A stretch of DNA of 63,777 nucleotides, filler included, from Octopus bimaculoides (Eukaryota): NCBI RefSeq assembly GCF_001194135.2. It is 5 parts of 5 records of this genome, joined end to end, with 100 filler letters (N's around TTAATTAATTAA, not from the genome) between each part and the next. Parts side by side here need not be neighbours in the genome. Positions count along the whole stretch, not along the records: positions 33,901 to 54,104 come from NC_069000.1; 4 more parts are not named here. One strand, given 5' to 3'. The translations under genes and the position numbers were made by a program. The notes under the pieces are model-generated. The model saw only the letters and a program-made list of their open reading frames with translations, was not told the origin of the DNA and did no database searches. Below, in pieces: positions 37,709-52,630 of this stretch. Position 1 is the first letter of the stretch. Every line of letters begins with the position of its first letter.

Positions 37709-38642
37709 AAAATCTGACATGCAGAAAGCCCAATCACGTTATCTGGTAGGTCTCATAAATGCAACGGTCGATTATCATCCTCACCGATTTAAACACGAGG
37801 GCTTAGATACAACACAAGACCATATGATAGGACGGTTCATGGAGAATAAAGCAGAATTGTATGTTCTAACACGATAGCCATTTTAGTATATATGTGTGTA
37901 TATGTATGTATATATATGTATGTATACTTCAATAGCGTCAACACACATACCATTATATGAGCAGCCACACAAACACTGTGTAACTCTGTACACACACCAC
38001 ACACCATCATACACATTCTCATACCCACACAAACACATAATACCTAAACAAAGACAATATATACTCTCTCTCACACACACACGCACACACACACACGCAC
38101 ACACACACAGACACACACACACACACAGACACACACACACAGACACACACAAGGACATAATATCTGAACACAGGCTATATATACGTACATATAGAACACG
38201 CATTAACACAGGCTACATACATAGACAAAGTTGAATTACGCCCACATATATACACGATACAAATGTTCACTGTTTGACCGCAAACAGATACACACACACT
38301 CACACACACGCACACAAACACACATACATAAGCACCACGTGAAAAAGCAAACCTTAACTGCAACACACAGCACACGATACAGGCACACGTACTTACACAC
38401 GCACACATTCCCACAAGTCAGAGCCACTAGCTCCTATTCACACACGTATACACATTCACGCACACCATTCTCACATACACACGTACGCACGTGCAGCTTC
38501 ATTTTAGATCACCAGCGCTTTATTATGTCCCTTTCTTTCAACCTCTTCTTTCATCCCTTTTTTCTAATGAATCGCTATGCTTGACCTCTAAATCTACAAT
38601 ATTTTATTCATTCTCTCTCTTTTTATTTTCTCTTAAATCTTT

Positions 38643-38670
38643 CTGTTGAAGAGCGTAAGCTCGAAACATA
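38643..38670 (+). ncRNA. Degenerate minimal hammerhead-like motif
   Basis: CTGTTGA a GAGC GTAA GCTC GAAAC ata; perfect stem II with a GNRA loop; core A6 and the cleavage triplet are mutated. Confidence 0.4.
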
Positions 38671-40639
38671 AAAAATTTTTACTGTTTCCCCGAGCCTCAA
38701 ACTAATACACCTGCTTGTTGTTCATACACCTGTCTTCGACTTTTGTTTTTCTATAAGTGTATTTATTTAACAAGATTTTAATTTTTGTTATAGCCTTGTC
38801 TTTACTCTCTTATATGAACAAGAGCGTTTCTACTTGTTGAAGCATCGCCACATAATAAATTATGAATTTTCTTACATGTGCATATACGTGTATATGTGTG
38901 TGCGTGTATGTATAAAAAACGGGTGAGGTATATGTATTTATATACGTGTACACACTCACACATACTAAAATGCATACATACGTATACAATTATATATTAT
39001 ATATATATACATACATGTATATATATATATGTGTATATATATATNNNNNNNNNNNNNNNNNNNNNNNNNNNNNNNNNNNNNNNNNNNNNNNNNNNNNNNN
39101 NNNNNNNNNNNNNNNNNNNNNNNNNNNNNNNNNNNNNNNNNNNNNNNNNNNNNNNNNNNNNNNNNNNNNNNNNNNNNNNNNNNNNNNNNNNNNNNNNNNN
39201 NNNNNNNNNNNNNNNNNNNNNNNNNNNNNNNNNNNNNNNNNNNNNNNNNNNNNNNNNNNNNNNNNNNNNNNNNNNNNNNNNNNNNNNNNNNNNNNNNNNN
39301 NNNNNNNNNNNNNNNNNNNNNNNNNNNNNNNNNNNNNNNNNNNNNNNNNNNNNNNNNNNNNNNNNNNNNNNNNNNNNNNNNNNNNNNNNNNNNNNNNNNN
39401 NNNNNNNNNNNNNNNNNNNNNNNNNNNNNNNNNNNNNNNNNNNNNNNNNNNNNNNNNNNNNNNNNNNNNNNNNNNNNNNNNNNNNNNNNNNNNNNNNNNN
39501 NNNNNNNNNNNNNNNNNNNNNNNNNNNNNNNNNNNNNNNNNNNNNNNNNNNNNNNNNNNNNNNNNNNNNNNNNNNNNNNNNNNNNNNNNNNNNNNNNNNN
39601 NNNNNNNNNNNNNNNNNNNNNNNNNNNNNNNNNNNNNNNNNNNNNNNNNNNNNNNNNNNNNNNNNNNNNNNNNNNNNNNNNNNNNNNNNNNNNNNNNNNN
39701 NNNNNNNNNNNNNNNNNNNNNNNNNNNNNNNNNNNNNNNNNNNNNNNNNNNNNNNNNNNNNNNNNNNNNNNNNNNNNNNNNNNNNNNNNNNNNNNNNNNN
39801 NNNNNNNNNNNNNNNNNNNNNNNNNNNNNNNNNNNNNNNNNNNNNNNNNNNNNNNNNNNNNNNNNNNNNNNNNNNNNNNNNNNNNNNNNAGCTCACCGTT
39901 TAAGCAAATCTATATTTGTTTGCGTTTTTCGCGTTTTCCACAGTTTTTTCTAATGTAAAATTTAGAAACTCTGTCATAACAAATATATAAAGAAAATGTA
40001 TTTAATTTTATTTTTGTCGGATTTTCACGATAGCTGTCTTACACACATCGGAAATTCTCGGAGTTTATTTTTCGGGATATTTCCTCATATTATAGCATGT
40101 CACATTTAAAAACCACACACGCAGACGTACTTACTTTACAGAAAAAATTTTGGAAAAGCTATCATGCACAAGTCGAAAATTTCTCCTTTCTTTTTTTTTT
40201 TTCTCGAGAATTGCATCGTAAAAATTAAAATGAAGTGCATGTACAAATATAGTCTCTAAAAATGCATATTACAAACGTTTCAATATGAATAATACAATAA
40301 CATTGAAGATATATTTTGACACATACTTAGAACAACCGAATTTGTGAACAGTTAGATGAATCATCGTTGCCAAGCAATAAAAGATATTTTTTGCTTATGT
40401 TGATTCGTTAGAGGTTAACATTTAGCTCAAGATAACAGGAAACAGATACAAAAGAATCCTAATTTCATGTTTGAGCAATAAATCATCATCAACGGTAGGT
40501 TGTCATCGCTGCTTTTTCAGCTTATTGAAAAAGCTATATCTAGCGTGTTTACAGCGCACTATATAATCCACAGGAAACCAGTGTTAATAAATAATGTAAC
40601 TTTGAGACTTAACAAATAGTTGAGCACTTTTATTAACAG

Positions 40640-41500
40640 TAAACAATATCAAGACACCTACTCTCAGTCCCCTAGTGTTTTAACCCTCTGTACTAAGAAT
40701 GATAAAGGTTTTGAATGCTTGTTGTAGCACACATAAGTTCGATGGTTGTCAGATGGAAACTGCCTGAAAGTTTCTAATCCCTTTTGAAAAACAGTTGTTG
40801 TACTTGCACACACTTATTCTGTTCTTTATAATGAACCAAGAAATATCAAGCCATAACATGGCTGATGTATTCACATAGTTCAATGAAATTAATTTGCAAG
40901 TACAAAGAAATGAGGTTAAAGCTTATGAAAGTAAAACCAGCCTTTTCTACGTATTTGCGCATGATAGAGTTATTCAAATGTAGCTTAAGCCGTCGTTAGA
41001 TTAATCAGTGTTCAAGCCTCACTGGATTAGAAAAGAAAAATCGCATACTAGATGGATCTCAAGCGTATTGTTCACACCTGGATGAGCTGCACTGAGACCT
41101 GTTTATTTTCTATTAGAATTTAGGATATTTGATTTTAACTAAAATACCAGTCTGCATGATGCCTAAATATCAGTAATAAGAAAACAAGAATGGTTTAGAA
41201 AGAATTGGTTTCGCATTAAAATGATATTGAAATGGGGCCTGAGTTCAAGAAATCATGCCCAGAAACAGATACAAAAGGACATCACTGGTTGCCACCCTGC
41301 ACAGTGGAAAGAAGTCAATATGCGCTTCATTGCCTTCTCAACATCATATTCTGAGGAGCAGGGCTTCAGTGCAGTCGCATAAGATTCTTTCTAAGCAAAG
41401 AAATAGATTGAAAATAACTGAACACAGGGATCTATTTTCTATACCTTTCAGCCTGATGCCGAGAAGCGGATATACCTGCAAAATGTACATACTTCACATT
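40640..41500 (+). mobile_element. hAT (Buster/Charlie-type) transposase relic
   Basis: LL*HT*VRWLSDGNCL, MADVFT*FNEINLQVQRNEV, and the C-terminal dimerisation-like WKEVNMRFIAFSTSYSEEQGFSAV...LSKQRNRLKI. Confidence 0.75.
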
Positions 41501-44500
41501 TAAAAATATGACAACATAGTTTACAGGCGAGATGTGAATTTACTCTTTCATATTTTAAAAACAACAAAACGATCGGTTGATTAGGTTACATTTTAGTTGT
41601 GAAATACAGCTATTTTCAATCCGAAGGAGAAAGCGTTCCATGTGTGTAATGGTGAGTGGGATGGTGCGAAGCAGGTGAGAATCCGAAAAGCTTGGAAAAC
41701 ATTCCTTTATACGGTCTAACGAATCTATAGTAATGAAGTTTTATTGAAGTTCACTAATATCTTGGACTTGTCTTAAATCGTCTTTGGAATCTCTCCGTTC
41801 TGTTATCTCGACCTTCTTCAGTCAATGTTGTTTTTGGTTTTAGTATTTATACCTCTAGTAAGGAGGTGAGCTGGCAGAATCATTAGCACACCGTGTAAAA
41901 CTATTACTGTCTCTAAGCTGTTACTTCAAACTTCGCCAAAATTGAGTTAATTCGTCAGATTCGACGAATTAAGTACCAGTTGAGCACCTTCCCGAAAATT
42001 GTTAGCATTGTGTCAACATTTGAAGTCAGTCTTTATGCCTCCAGTAAGATGACGAGCTGTTAGCATCGTTAGCTTAACGGAATTTCGTCCGTTTTTACGT
42101 TCTGAGTTTAAATATTGCTGAGGTCCATTTTACCTGTTATCGTTTCCGGGTCGAAAGCAAATCATGTGGTTGACGAAACTGACTAGACATTTCCGGCATT
42201 TTAGGCCTTGTGGCGAAATGTTTAACCAATGATTATTTTCCTGGCTTCAAATCAAAATACTGTAATTCAAATAAAACCTATCAAAAAAAAAGGAAAAGAA
42301 AAGAAAAAGAAAAAGGAAAAGAAAAAGAAAAAGAAAAGCGCTAGCAAATACAGAATTTTTTTTTCATAAATGTCACCGCGATTTTTAACACGGTCACAAT
42401 TTTGAAAAATAAGGATGTTTTCTGTTTTTTTGTCTTTTGTATTTTCAATATATTCTGATGCCTAAGAGAAATCTATACTTGACAGAATTTTTTTTTTTTT
42501 AAATGCTTAAGTTGGAAGGTATATTGCCGAGAATATATCTAAGGCTCTCTCAAATATTACAAGAAATATAATAAAAATGAAACAATATACCTTAAAGCCT
42601 TTTGAAAAGGGTTCCACTATCCCGCTTACTGTTCAAATTTGAAGATGGTTTATTTTCTACGATTAAAAGGATGATGTTCAATAATAAATTCCAAATTGTG
42701 CTCATTAAGAAACTGAACACAACCAAGAGTAACATCTCCGCATTTACATGAAGAAAGGAAAGAGATATATATATAAAATTGATAGCAAAAATTGGGTCTC
42801 TGTTTTTCGAACATTAAAGCAATGGCTCATAAAATTCCTCCAACTATCGAATAACATTTGCTTGCCCTCCAAATGTTTGCAGTCGAATTACAAAATTACA
42901 AATTGCTGAACTAACTAATGTTTTAACTCAAGGTAGACTATAATTTAGATATACAAGAATAACTTCTGAGTACGTCTTATGATTCGGCTAAGCATCCCAT
43001 CAATATAATAGTACGGACAAAACAAAAATGTTCATGCGATTCACTTTTAGCCAAATTAAAATGAATATTTTTTACAATTTCGGAAGAAAATCTAATTTGG
43101 TTGTACACTGTTTCAATAAAATTCTTGAGTAAAGAAACTTTAATTTCTTTCATTTTGGAAATGAGCCAGTGTTTCCACTCAGATTCAAGATATTTCATAT
43201 ATAAAGCTGTTACATTGACCACATCTAGTTAACACAGCATCCAAACAACTAATTCTCTCTTTATTGTCACAAAACAGGCTTCGGTGGATATGAATATATG
43301 TACTTTTCCGAACGCTTTCATAAAACTAATAAAGCAACGGATCCCGAGGTTGTTACTGATCAAATAGGCCTATATGTGCTTAATGTTTTAATAACATAGT
43401 TACAATTTCTGCGAGGCAGTTTCTATCACGTAGGTGGTTTTCTTCTACCATAATATAGTAATCCGAAATCAACTGATTTAAAAAGGAAAACCTCCATGCA
43501 TTTTACGATATTAGATTTTTAAAAGTGAAGCATAAGAAGTCCAGCAAGTGATTAAGTTTCTAGATGGAATTTCATATTTAGACTCTAATAAATTTTGCTC
43601 TAAGAAACTGAAAGAAAAAAAAAATTACTTTAAAAATAATCAAATAACCCTAGAAATATTATCATTAATTTTCTTCACATTATATCCTGTAGACCATTCT
43701 CATTATCTTCTATTGAAAATATATTTAAAGATACTACATTTATACACAATGACGCCCTTCGGTAGAACGTTTCTGCAGATATAATTAAATGGAATTTCTA
43801 TAAGTCGCAAACCTACACTAATGAAAAAAAAATTACGTTGTTTAATCTTACATTTTCCGTTATAACGACTAAAGCCAAAATTTTCTTTCAACTTCGAAAA
43901 CATTCACGGGTCTTTTTCTTTTGGCCGGCACATAGAAAAAATAATTTTTTGTAACTAAACACTTTCAAATTTCGCATACTGATAAAATGTGTCATTTAAA
44001 ACATCATTTACTCTTGGTGTTTTTAAGAAAATTTTTTATTTTCGAAGTTATTTCGTGTTAAAGTTGTCGTATTTCGGTAATTTCAACCAATCAATGACGT
44101 CTATTGAGGTGAAAACAATTTCTGCTGTGGTTTGTCAACAAGACGTTCTCCTAACTAGAAATTTTATGCATTTTAAGAACGAATTAAATAAAGATATATG
44201 GGACAAAATTCAACGAACATTTCCTATTGTACAACACATAAATTTAACCAGACTATCGCAACCCCTAATTTGATATGATTAAACTTAATTCTGGAGATAA
44301 TCCCATTACTAATACTTGTGTAATTGTTAAATTTAAAACTCGAAGACTAAATATTCTATCAGAACACTTATTGATCCTTGATTTACAACAGTTTATCTGT
44401 ATTAATGTGTCAATCAAATAAGACATCATCTGCTTATATCATTATCTCTTCTCTCATACATGGTCTATAAATATGGCTAACACAGATCTTAACACAGCTT

Positions 44501-44532
44501 AAGGAATAATGTTTTCTCTGTATATATGTATA

Positions 44533-44568
<36 letters not shown>

Positions 44569-45249
44569 TGTATGTATGCATGTATGCATGTATGTATGTA
44601 TGCATGCATGCATGTATGTATGTATGCATGTATATATGAATATAGGCACTGTAGTGTGCACATTATAAATGATTTTATAATAAGAAAAAATGTTATTATA
44701 AATTACTATTAACATCAGGTCAGTAGATGCCACCACAAGTGCAGAAAATTAAATTCGCTAACAGTATTTAGTAAATATAATAGCTTTTACCTGGTGATTT
44801 CCTGTTCACTGTACATCAATTTATTCTTCCTCCTTTCAGAGTCGATTTAGTATCACTGACATAATGGATTCTATTAACTTGGCTATATACCATCTTGTAA
44901 AATTGTGGACGTATGCTAAATTAGAAATCCAAATGTTTGCTACTGCTTCAATGTAAAAAAAACAGAAACCCAATACGACCGGGATTTAAAGCTAGAATGC
45001 CCTCGGACGTAATTATAATGCACCTACCACTTCGATCTTTAATATGAATTAATTATTTTTTTTTTAGACATGCGTGCTTCGATTTCATCCTCTCTGAATA
45101 GATGTGTGAGACTTATTTAATTGTGTCCAGAAAATGGTGTTGATTGGGTTTGATTAACTTAATAACTCCAACGGCCTTCTCACTTCATCAATATGTTAGT
45201 AAATTTGTATAAATTTATTTAGATTGCAAATACAGAAGAGTGACGGAAC

Positions 45250-45337
<88 letters not shown>

Positions 45338-45623
45338 ATATATATATATATATAGATAGTTAGTTACTTATATATATATATATNNNNNNNNNNNNNNNNN
45401 NNNNNNNNNNNNNNNNNNNNNNNNNNNNNNNNNNNNNNNNNNNNNNNNNNNNNNNNNNNNNNNNNNNNNNNNNNNNNNNNNNNNNNNNNNNNNNNNAGAG
45501 AGAGAGAGAGAGAGAGAGAGATAGATAGATAGATACATACATACATACATAGATAGATACGTTGATAAATAGAAAGATAGCTAAATCGATAGAGAGATAA
45601 ATCGATAGAGAGATCGATCGATC

Positions 45624-45671
<48 letters not shown>

Positions 45672-45672
45672 T
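45250..45672. repeat. (TATC)n / (GATA)n tetranucleotide arrays in opposite orientation around a gap
   Basis: Directly visible. Confidence 0.92.
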
Positions 45673-46378
45673 TTACGAAACCTAGTCCAGCAACTGACTT
45701 TCAGGTGACTTTGGTAAACTTCCTTTCGTTTTTTGCACTCAGGTTTTGTCTGTGTTGCGACGATAGATTACGTTTGTTTCTTTTTTCTCAGATATAGAAA
45801 CCCTAAGAGAGACTGAGAGAGAAAGAAAAAAAAAGAGAGGGAGAGAGACAGACAGACAAAGATAGAGTACAGCCAGAGAGTTATTCAGATGTATCAAAGT
45901 TAATTATTTATCTACTTCGAATGATAAAACGCAAATTCAAAACCGGCAGTTTTTAAACTCCAGTGGATAGAAAGAAGTTAATTACTGCAAAGCATTTTGT
46001 CCATCACTCTACCAGAGCAAAATTCTCTATTATAGCGTTTCTTAAAATTGGCTCTGCTCTAGTTTTTATTAAATGTTTGCATTCTATTCTGAAACTGTAC
46101 AGATTATGTGCGGAGTGATTGCTGCCGTTTACTTCTCTACGTTAAATCAAAGTATATCACAAAGCTCAACAGTGTAGAAATGAAGTGGACATTAGATACA
46201 CTTGAGCACAGGACAATCTTTAATAATCTGTAGTAGACAAAGAATCAAAGAAAATAGATCTATCACTATCGATTAAATGTCGATATCAATAACGTTTATC
46301 ACTACATGAATAGCAATTTTCCGGCGGACAGAATTAAACTATAAAGCCTAAAAAAGTATCTCGTATGTCTTGCCTCGC

Positions 46379-47613
46379 ACAGGATGATCGGGAAAATTGG
46401 TCAATTTTTTTAAAAGATTTTTATCAGAAATGATTGATATAAGGGTGAACAGTCAACAGCGTTGCAGATTATAGAGTTGAAAGTTGTAGCTGAAAGAAGG
46501 TTAGCTAAGACGAAAGATTGAAAGCCATCTGAATATTGGAAAACAGTTACTTTTTCATGTTGATTTGCGCTGGGTATGAAAATGCCGACATAATGACTGC
46601 TGCTCAATGCTGTGTGAACAATGTAAAGACTGTAAGACGTGCCATGGGCAGTTTTAACAAAGACTACATGGTTGTGTCCCACATGAAAGGACACACAGAC
46701 GCTCCGACTGCGCGCACGACAGAATTCATCCAAAAGGTGGTGGAAGATACAACCTATGGAATCCTAGCTTTGGCTAGAGAGATGGGTGTTAATGTTTTCC
46801 GCGCCATGAAGCAGGCTCCGAATGAGGACTTACGCAACAACTCGTAGAAGAAGCGAAAGTGACAAATTGTGACAGGTAAGGCCTAAGAAGCTAAAAAGTC
46901 CTGTTAATCCGGAGATTATTTGGTTTTACTCAGATGACAAGAACTTCTCTCATATACCCCCAGAGCATCAGGTCTCTTACTACAACCCATGTCCCATGCA
47001 TCGTTGAAACTAAGTTTCCACAAATTGAGATGGTATTTGGGTGCGTCTCGTATGAGGGTGACGGGAGGCCGCCGAACATCTTTGTACAGTGCCTCAAACT
47101 CAATTCAGTTGCCTATGTGAAACTTCTGGATACAATGATGAAGCCTTTGCTGCAGAAGATTGCTACGGAAGGCAATATGTGTGATGACAGGATTCGGCGC
47201 GTTGCTACTCCGCTGGAAAGTGTCAAAAGTAGTTTTCAAATAATTTCTACAACTTCACCTATCCCAATTTCTACCGTCCCACTTCCTCCGATTTTAATCC
47301 CCTCTATTACTATGTGAGTGGTGCTGTTGAGAAAGGTACCAACAGCTTTGCATGTAACAAGAAGGTCGACTTGGTGCCCACGGGCAAAGAGATGTTTGAA
47401 GGTCTTTAGAGAGACACAGTGAGGAAAGCATGTGCCAGTGCCCGGAGATGGCTTGAGGTGGAAGCTGAGCGCAACTGCTTTGATTTAATTGCAATTTACT
47501 AGCCAGAGTATGGTTGATATTTCTCGATTTTTCGAAATATTTTAATTTTTAAATGAAGTATTGTGTTTTTTATTCCCTTCTTTGAAACTCTCAAATTGCC
47601 CGACTACCCGCTA
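46379..47613 (+). mobile_element. Near full-length Tc1/mariner DD37D (maT) transposon, pseudogenised
   Basis: YSDDKNF, TKFPQIEMVFGCVSYEGD, QDSA + 37 residues to the third-D position (here Y, in SDFNPLYY); degenerate TIRs caggatgatcgggaaaatt / aaattgcccgactacccgcta; about 1.24 kb. Confidence 0.85.
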
Positions 47614-47763
47614 TAGGACGACTGTGCGTGGTTTGTGAGAAATTCAGTTGTTAACTCTGAAGGTCACTTCGTCGTTCCAAGGTTTTGATTCATAATCGTG
47701 TGTTTTACGTTCGAATCGTTGTAGAATCCGTCTAACATGTTATTCTTCAAACTGACATATACT

Positions 47764-47985
47764 GGTTTCAAATTTTGGCACAATGCCATCAATTTTGAGC
47801 GACTGGGTAAGAAATTATATTGATCCCAGTGCTCAACTAATGCTCAACTGGTTCTTATTTTTCGACCCCGAAAGGATAAAAAGCAAAGTCGACCTCGGCG
47901 CAATTTCAACTGAGAGCGTAAAGACGGGCAAAACGGCGCTAAGCATTTTGCCCGACTTGCTAACGATTCAGCCAGCTAACTTCCT
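47764..47985 (-). mobile_element. Family A SINE
   Basis: tcgaccccgaaaggataaaagcaaagtcgacctcggc...gctaacgattcagccagct. Confidence 0.82.
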
Positions 47986-49279
47986 TCAAGTCAACATATA
48001 TTAAGATCGTTCAAGAGAATTTAGCAACATTAACTGCAATAAACCGGTATGTGTGACATTCAATTTGAGCTTATTTTTGCCCATCAAAACTCTTGCTTCA
48101 GCTCGGAAAGGAGAGATCGCAACATATATACATTGCACTGACTCCATAAGATTAAACATCCCGTTTGTATGTGTGTAGAATGATCTTGGGTTAAACATTG
48201 ATATGACAGAAATTGATTCTGTGCGGTACATTGATTCGTTCATCTGGGTAGCTGAAAGCCAGAAGATTGCCCACTCTACATTGGCACATTCACACGAGAA
48301 AACACTATCGCAAAATATACTCGGTGTCATATAACAGGATTATCAGAGCTGATTTGAGCTACACAGGGTCTATTAGCAGCATATCACCTTACACTATTAC
48401 TAAATAAGAACTGATTTTGGATACGTAACAAAAGCTCTTTCATAAAGATCTTCCAGTGAGTATGGATTGCTCTCATAGGTCTGGGCTTTGATTACGCAAC
48501 AACCGTCTATATACTATAGCTGGACCAAACCATGTGTGACATGAGGCAAAAAAACTACAACCATCTTTGTTCAATAAAACCGTTCCATCAGAGTTGAACT
48601 GAGACTAAGCAATGACTTTTTCTATGACATAACACATCTCAGGCTGCGACACCCAGGGGCCACGCAGCAGCTAAATTTCTATGACAGAAATGATGAAAAA
48701 CAATTTTCAATTAACTGTTATATATTTTTGGTTTTTCTATGTGACATTACTGTTCTCCTTCGCAATACTTTGTTCATGACCAAAGATAGTAGGAAAACAT
48801 GAAAACAATAGCAGCCAAATGGAATTAGTGTATTTAACTGCAAGAAAATATTTCGAACAACCAGAAGGTTTTTGGATCCAAAATCTATCCAGAAAAGCTC
48901 CGTGTGGAAGCTGCGTTGATCTTGTCAAAAACGAGGCCTAAACGATCAACATTAATACCCTCAGGAATCTGCTAGCTGCGTATATAAGGCATGCCCTGTG
49001 ACATTATTTAAAATCATGATTACATCAAGCATAATAACCTCATAAGCATATAATAGTTATATAATGACTAGGGATAGATCATACACCGCGTAACTTTAAT
49101 TATAAAGTTCTATTTCCCTCTAAAGCCCTCAAATTTGTGACATGCTCAGAACTGGTTCGCCCTCAATGGATACACAGGTACATTCAAATGTACATTCAAC
49201 AGCTTCGTAACGAACTTACACTATCACATTTAAAGTGCTTCAGAGTTATGTAACTACATCACTTTGTACAGTAATACAA

Positions 49280-49700
49280 GAAAAATATGTTTAAAGAAAT
49301 CATTTGTTTTCTCACATTTTCTTTTATGATGGAAATTCTCTTTTTTGAAGCCTCACAAAACTGAATTCATTTGGGTGGCTTCTCTCGCAGAATACGAGGT
49401 TTCTGTCATAAACGTAGCTGTAGGTTAAACCAATTTAAAAAACTAATACGAGACTTTTTGTTTAAGGCAATCAGCCAGGCCACTTCAAAGTAGTGTTTCA
49501 TGCTGAAAATCGCACTTGTTTCTTTTGAATCTTAGTGTTTTGACAGATACTTTCAACTTCCCCCAAGTATTGTCAGAGCTTAGAGGCATTTGATCCAAAT
49601 ACATTTTTTTCTGCTAATTCTCTATCTCTTTGAAAGATGCTGAAGTAATTAGTCTCAGATAGCCACTGCATTATATTTTCATTTTGTTCTTTGGCCTCTG
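49280..49700 (-). mobile_element. Possible hAT C-terminal dimerisation-domain relic
   Basis: Frameshifted pieces CERS.. / TQMNSVL / NVRKQMISLN resemble CERGFSQMN...SNLMFIKLN. Confidence 0.3.
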
Positions 49701-50180
49701 CGCTTCTAATGTATAATTAAGGAACGCTGCCTAGTATTTCAATTTCTTTTTCTAATTGATGTCACCACTTTGCTAATTTCGGTTTCATTTAATAAAATGA
49801 TGAAAAGAGACATATATAAATTTCAGCAGTGTAAAATCACCAGTTACGCATCCCCATCCAACTCACATACTCACGCACACTCATACATACATACATACAT
49901 ACATACATACACTCATACATACATACATACATACATACATACATACATACATACGTACGTACGTACATGCAAACATGCTTGCATGCACACATACATACAT
50001 ACATATATGCATGCATGCATACGTACATACATAAATCCATGCATGCATATATACATACATACACACATACATGTATACATAAACACATATACACACATAT
50101 AACTTTAAATCGTTGGTTCCGTCACACATAGGTTCATTCAGTCATTTATATGCATTTATATATATGCATTTATATATGTT

Positions 50181-50303
<123 letters not shown>

Positions 50304-51989
50304 CAAAGTTGTATTACTTAATTCCTAGCTATAATTCATAAAATACACATTACAAAGGAAACACATTGAAATTTAGCACGAAATGTGTTTAAAAGGATAT
50401 TTATTTCAAAAGATTTATGAACAAACAAAATCTATAGAATGAAAAAAATATTACTTATTTCCGTATATTTTTTTATAGAAGCCAAATACGTAAATAATAA
50501 GACATTCTTTGCTAGTCCAGACAAGATGGCGGTATTAAATTTTATATATTTTTTACACCAGTTGTATAAACTTACCTGGATTTCCGCAAAGATATTCCTA
50601 TCCTCTCTAATTTGCGAAAACCATTTATTTTATTCTTTGTTAACATATCAGCTTTAAATTATTTAGAATCCACATGAAGTTACTTGCCATTTATCACATA
50701 ATTAACAATCACTTACAGTTCTTATGGAACAAAACTTGAAATTCTTCCTTGAGTGCGGTAATTATTATTAAGAACTATACTGTAATATAATTAGTGAACT
50801 TTTCTATAGAGCAGAAACTTATCAAGCTGGCTTCTAATTGTATTAGAAAATATTTTAATGACTACATAATTAAAAGTCAAACATATTCTTTATATTTAAT
50901 TATGGAAAACTAACTACTGGTAATTATATGTATTTTTAAGTTGAGATTTAATTAAATCTATAATTTAAAGTATTATTCAAAGATAAATATTAAAATAGAT
51001 TGAAATAATCTATTAGTTAATCACAAAAGAAATAATTAATGAATTTATTTTTCTTTTTATCAAACAGAGTCCGTAAAAATTTCAATGGTATGTTTAAACA
51101 ATGGAATAGATGAAAAAAGAAATGAAAGTAAAACTTAATATAAAAAGCAAATTTTTAACATTGATACAATTTAACAAAGGTTTAGAATATTTTTCAAAAT
51201 TTATAATTTTGTAATTTTAGACAGAAAAGTTTTTAAACGCAATATTTCTTGTTCAGTTTTTGTTGTTGAATTTCTTAATGCTTCCTTGTATGTGCACGTG
51301 ACGTACTACAACTGGTTTTTATTCATAAGAATGTTTTTTTCTTTTTTTAAAAAATACCCATTATATTACAGTAGTTTTTAATGTATATTGTCAATTTATA
51401 AATTGATTCCCCGTTTTGAAAAGCTTTGGGCGATTCAAAATGCCGAAAACTAAAAGTGAATTATATTTTGTACTTATTTCCTATTCAATAAATATAGTTT
51501 AAAATTGAAAATATCTATTATACTCTCAATTTTTCCCACTTCACTTGATATACAATGATATATGAAGTATAGTTTTGCTCTCATGACAACGAACTAATGT
51601 AAGACAACAAGCTAAATGTATTTGAACAAAACAGAATCAAACGTAAACTCGTAACACCAATTTTCTGGTTTTCATTTTTTAATATGAAAAAATAAACAAC
51701 ATTTTATGAGAATCATCTGGAAGATATATCCAACTATATAAATCACTCCCTGCGGATAAACGTACAAAGGTGTTTCTCCGAAGGACAGCCAGTGATATCT
51801 ATTGCATAGAAGGAAGCATACTTCTGTGTTTAAAGACTTGCTTTGAAACTACGGGGTTTTGGGCTCAATTTCAATGGCCGGTACCTTCGGAAAAAGTCTA
51901 CTACTATAGCTCCTGGCCATTTAATGTGTTGTGAGTGAACATGTTAGACGGAAACTGTCGCGAGTTCGTCGCATGTGTATATATAGGGA

Positions 51990-52090
51990 CATCTCTCAGT
52001 GGTTAGAGCGTCGAGCTCACAGTCATGAGGTAGTGAGTTCGATTACCGGACCGGATTGTGTATTGTGTTCTTGAGCAAGACACTTTATTG
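51990..52090 (+). mobile_element. Meta-like SINE head, truncated
   Basis: ctcagtggttagagcgtcgagctcacag...gagttcgattaccggaccgg...gttcttgagcaagacacttt. Confidence 0.75.
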
Positions 52091-52354
52091 GAGGGAAGAG
52101 TTCCACAGAATGACGGATAGAAAGCGAGGGTAGTTCTAAGTTATCGATTGTAATTATACAGAGGGATATATGTAGCTGACACCCATGTGCATCGGGCCAT
52201 CTACGAGAAAGATGTACGAAAAGGATTAGCCATTCAATCAGAAACCACCGTTTAATTGCAGGATGGTCAGAGATGCTTCCTCTTTTGTGGATTGACTGGA
52301 TCTTCGATATAATCGACCACCAATCGATTTTGTTCCAGAAACGCGTAAGAGGAA

Positions 52355-52422
<68 letters not shown>

Positions 52423-52539
52423 ATAGTAGTAGTGATAGCAGCAGCAGTAGCAGTCGTAGTAGTAGTAGTAGTAGTAGTAACAGCAGCATCGGTAGCAGTA
52501 GTAGTACTATTGGTGGTGGTAGTGGTGGTGGTGGTGGTG

Positions 52540-52581
<42 letters not shown>

Positions 52582-52630
52582 ATGCAAATCCTACACCAAC
52601 AGCAACGACAGCAATAATAATAATAAAAAT
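52355..52630. repeat. (AGC)/(AGT)/(GGT) trinucleotide tract
   Basis: Directly visible. Confidence 0.93.

Noticed and set aside
48001-48330. 109-aa minus-strand ORF
   Set aside because: No recognisable domain, no splice context, and a length compatible with chance.
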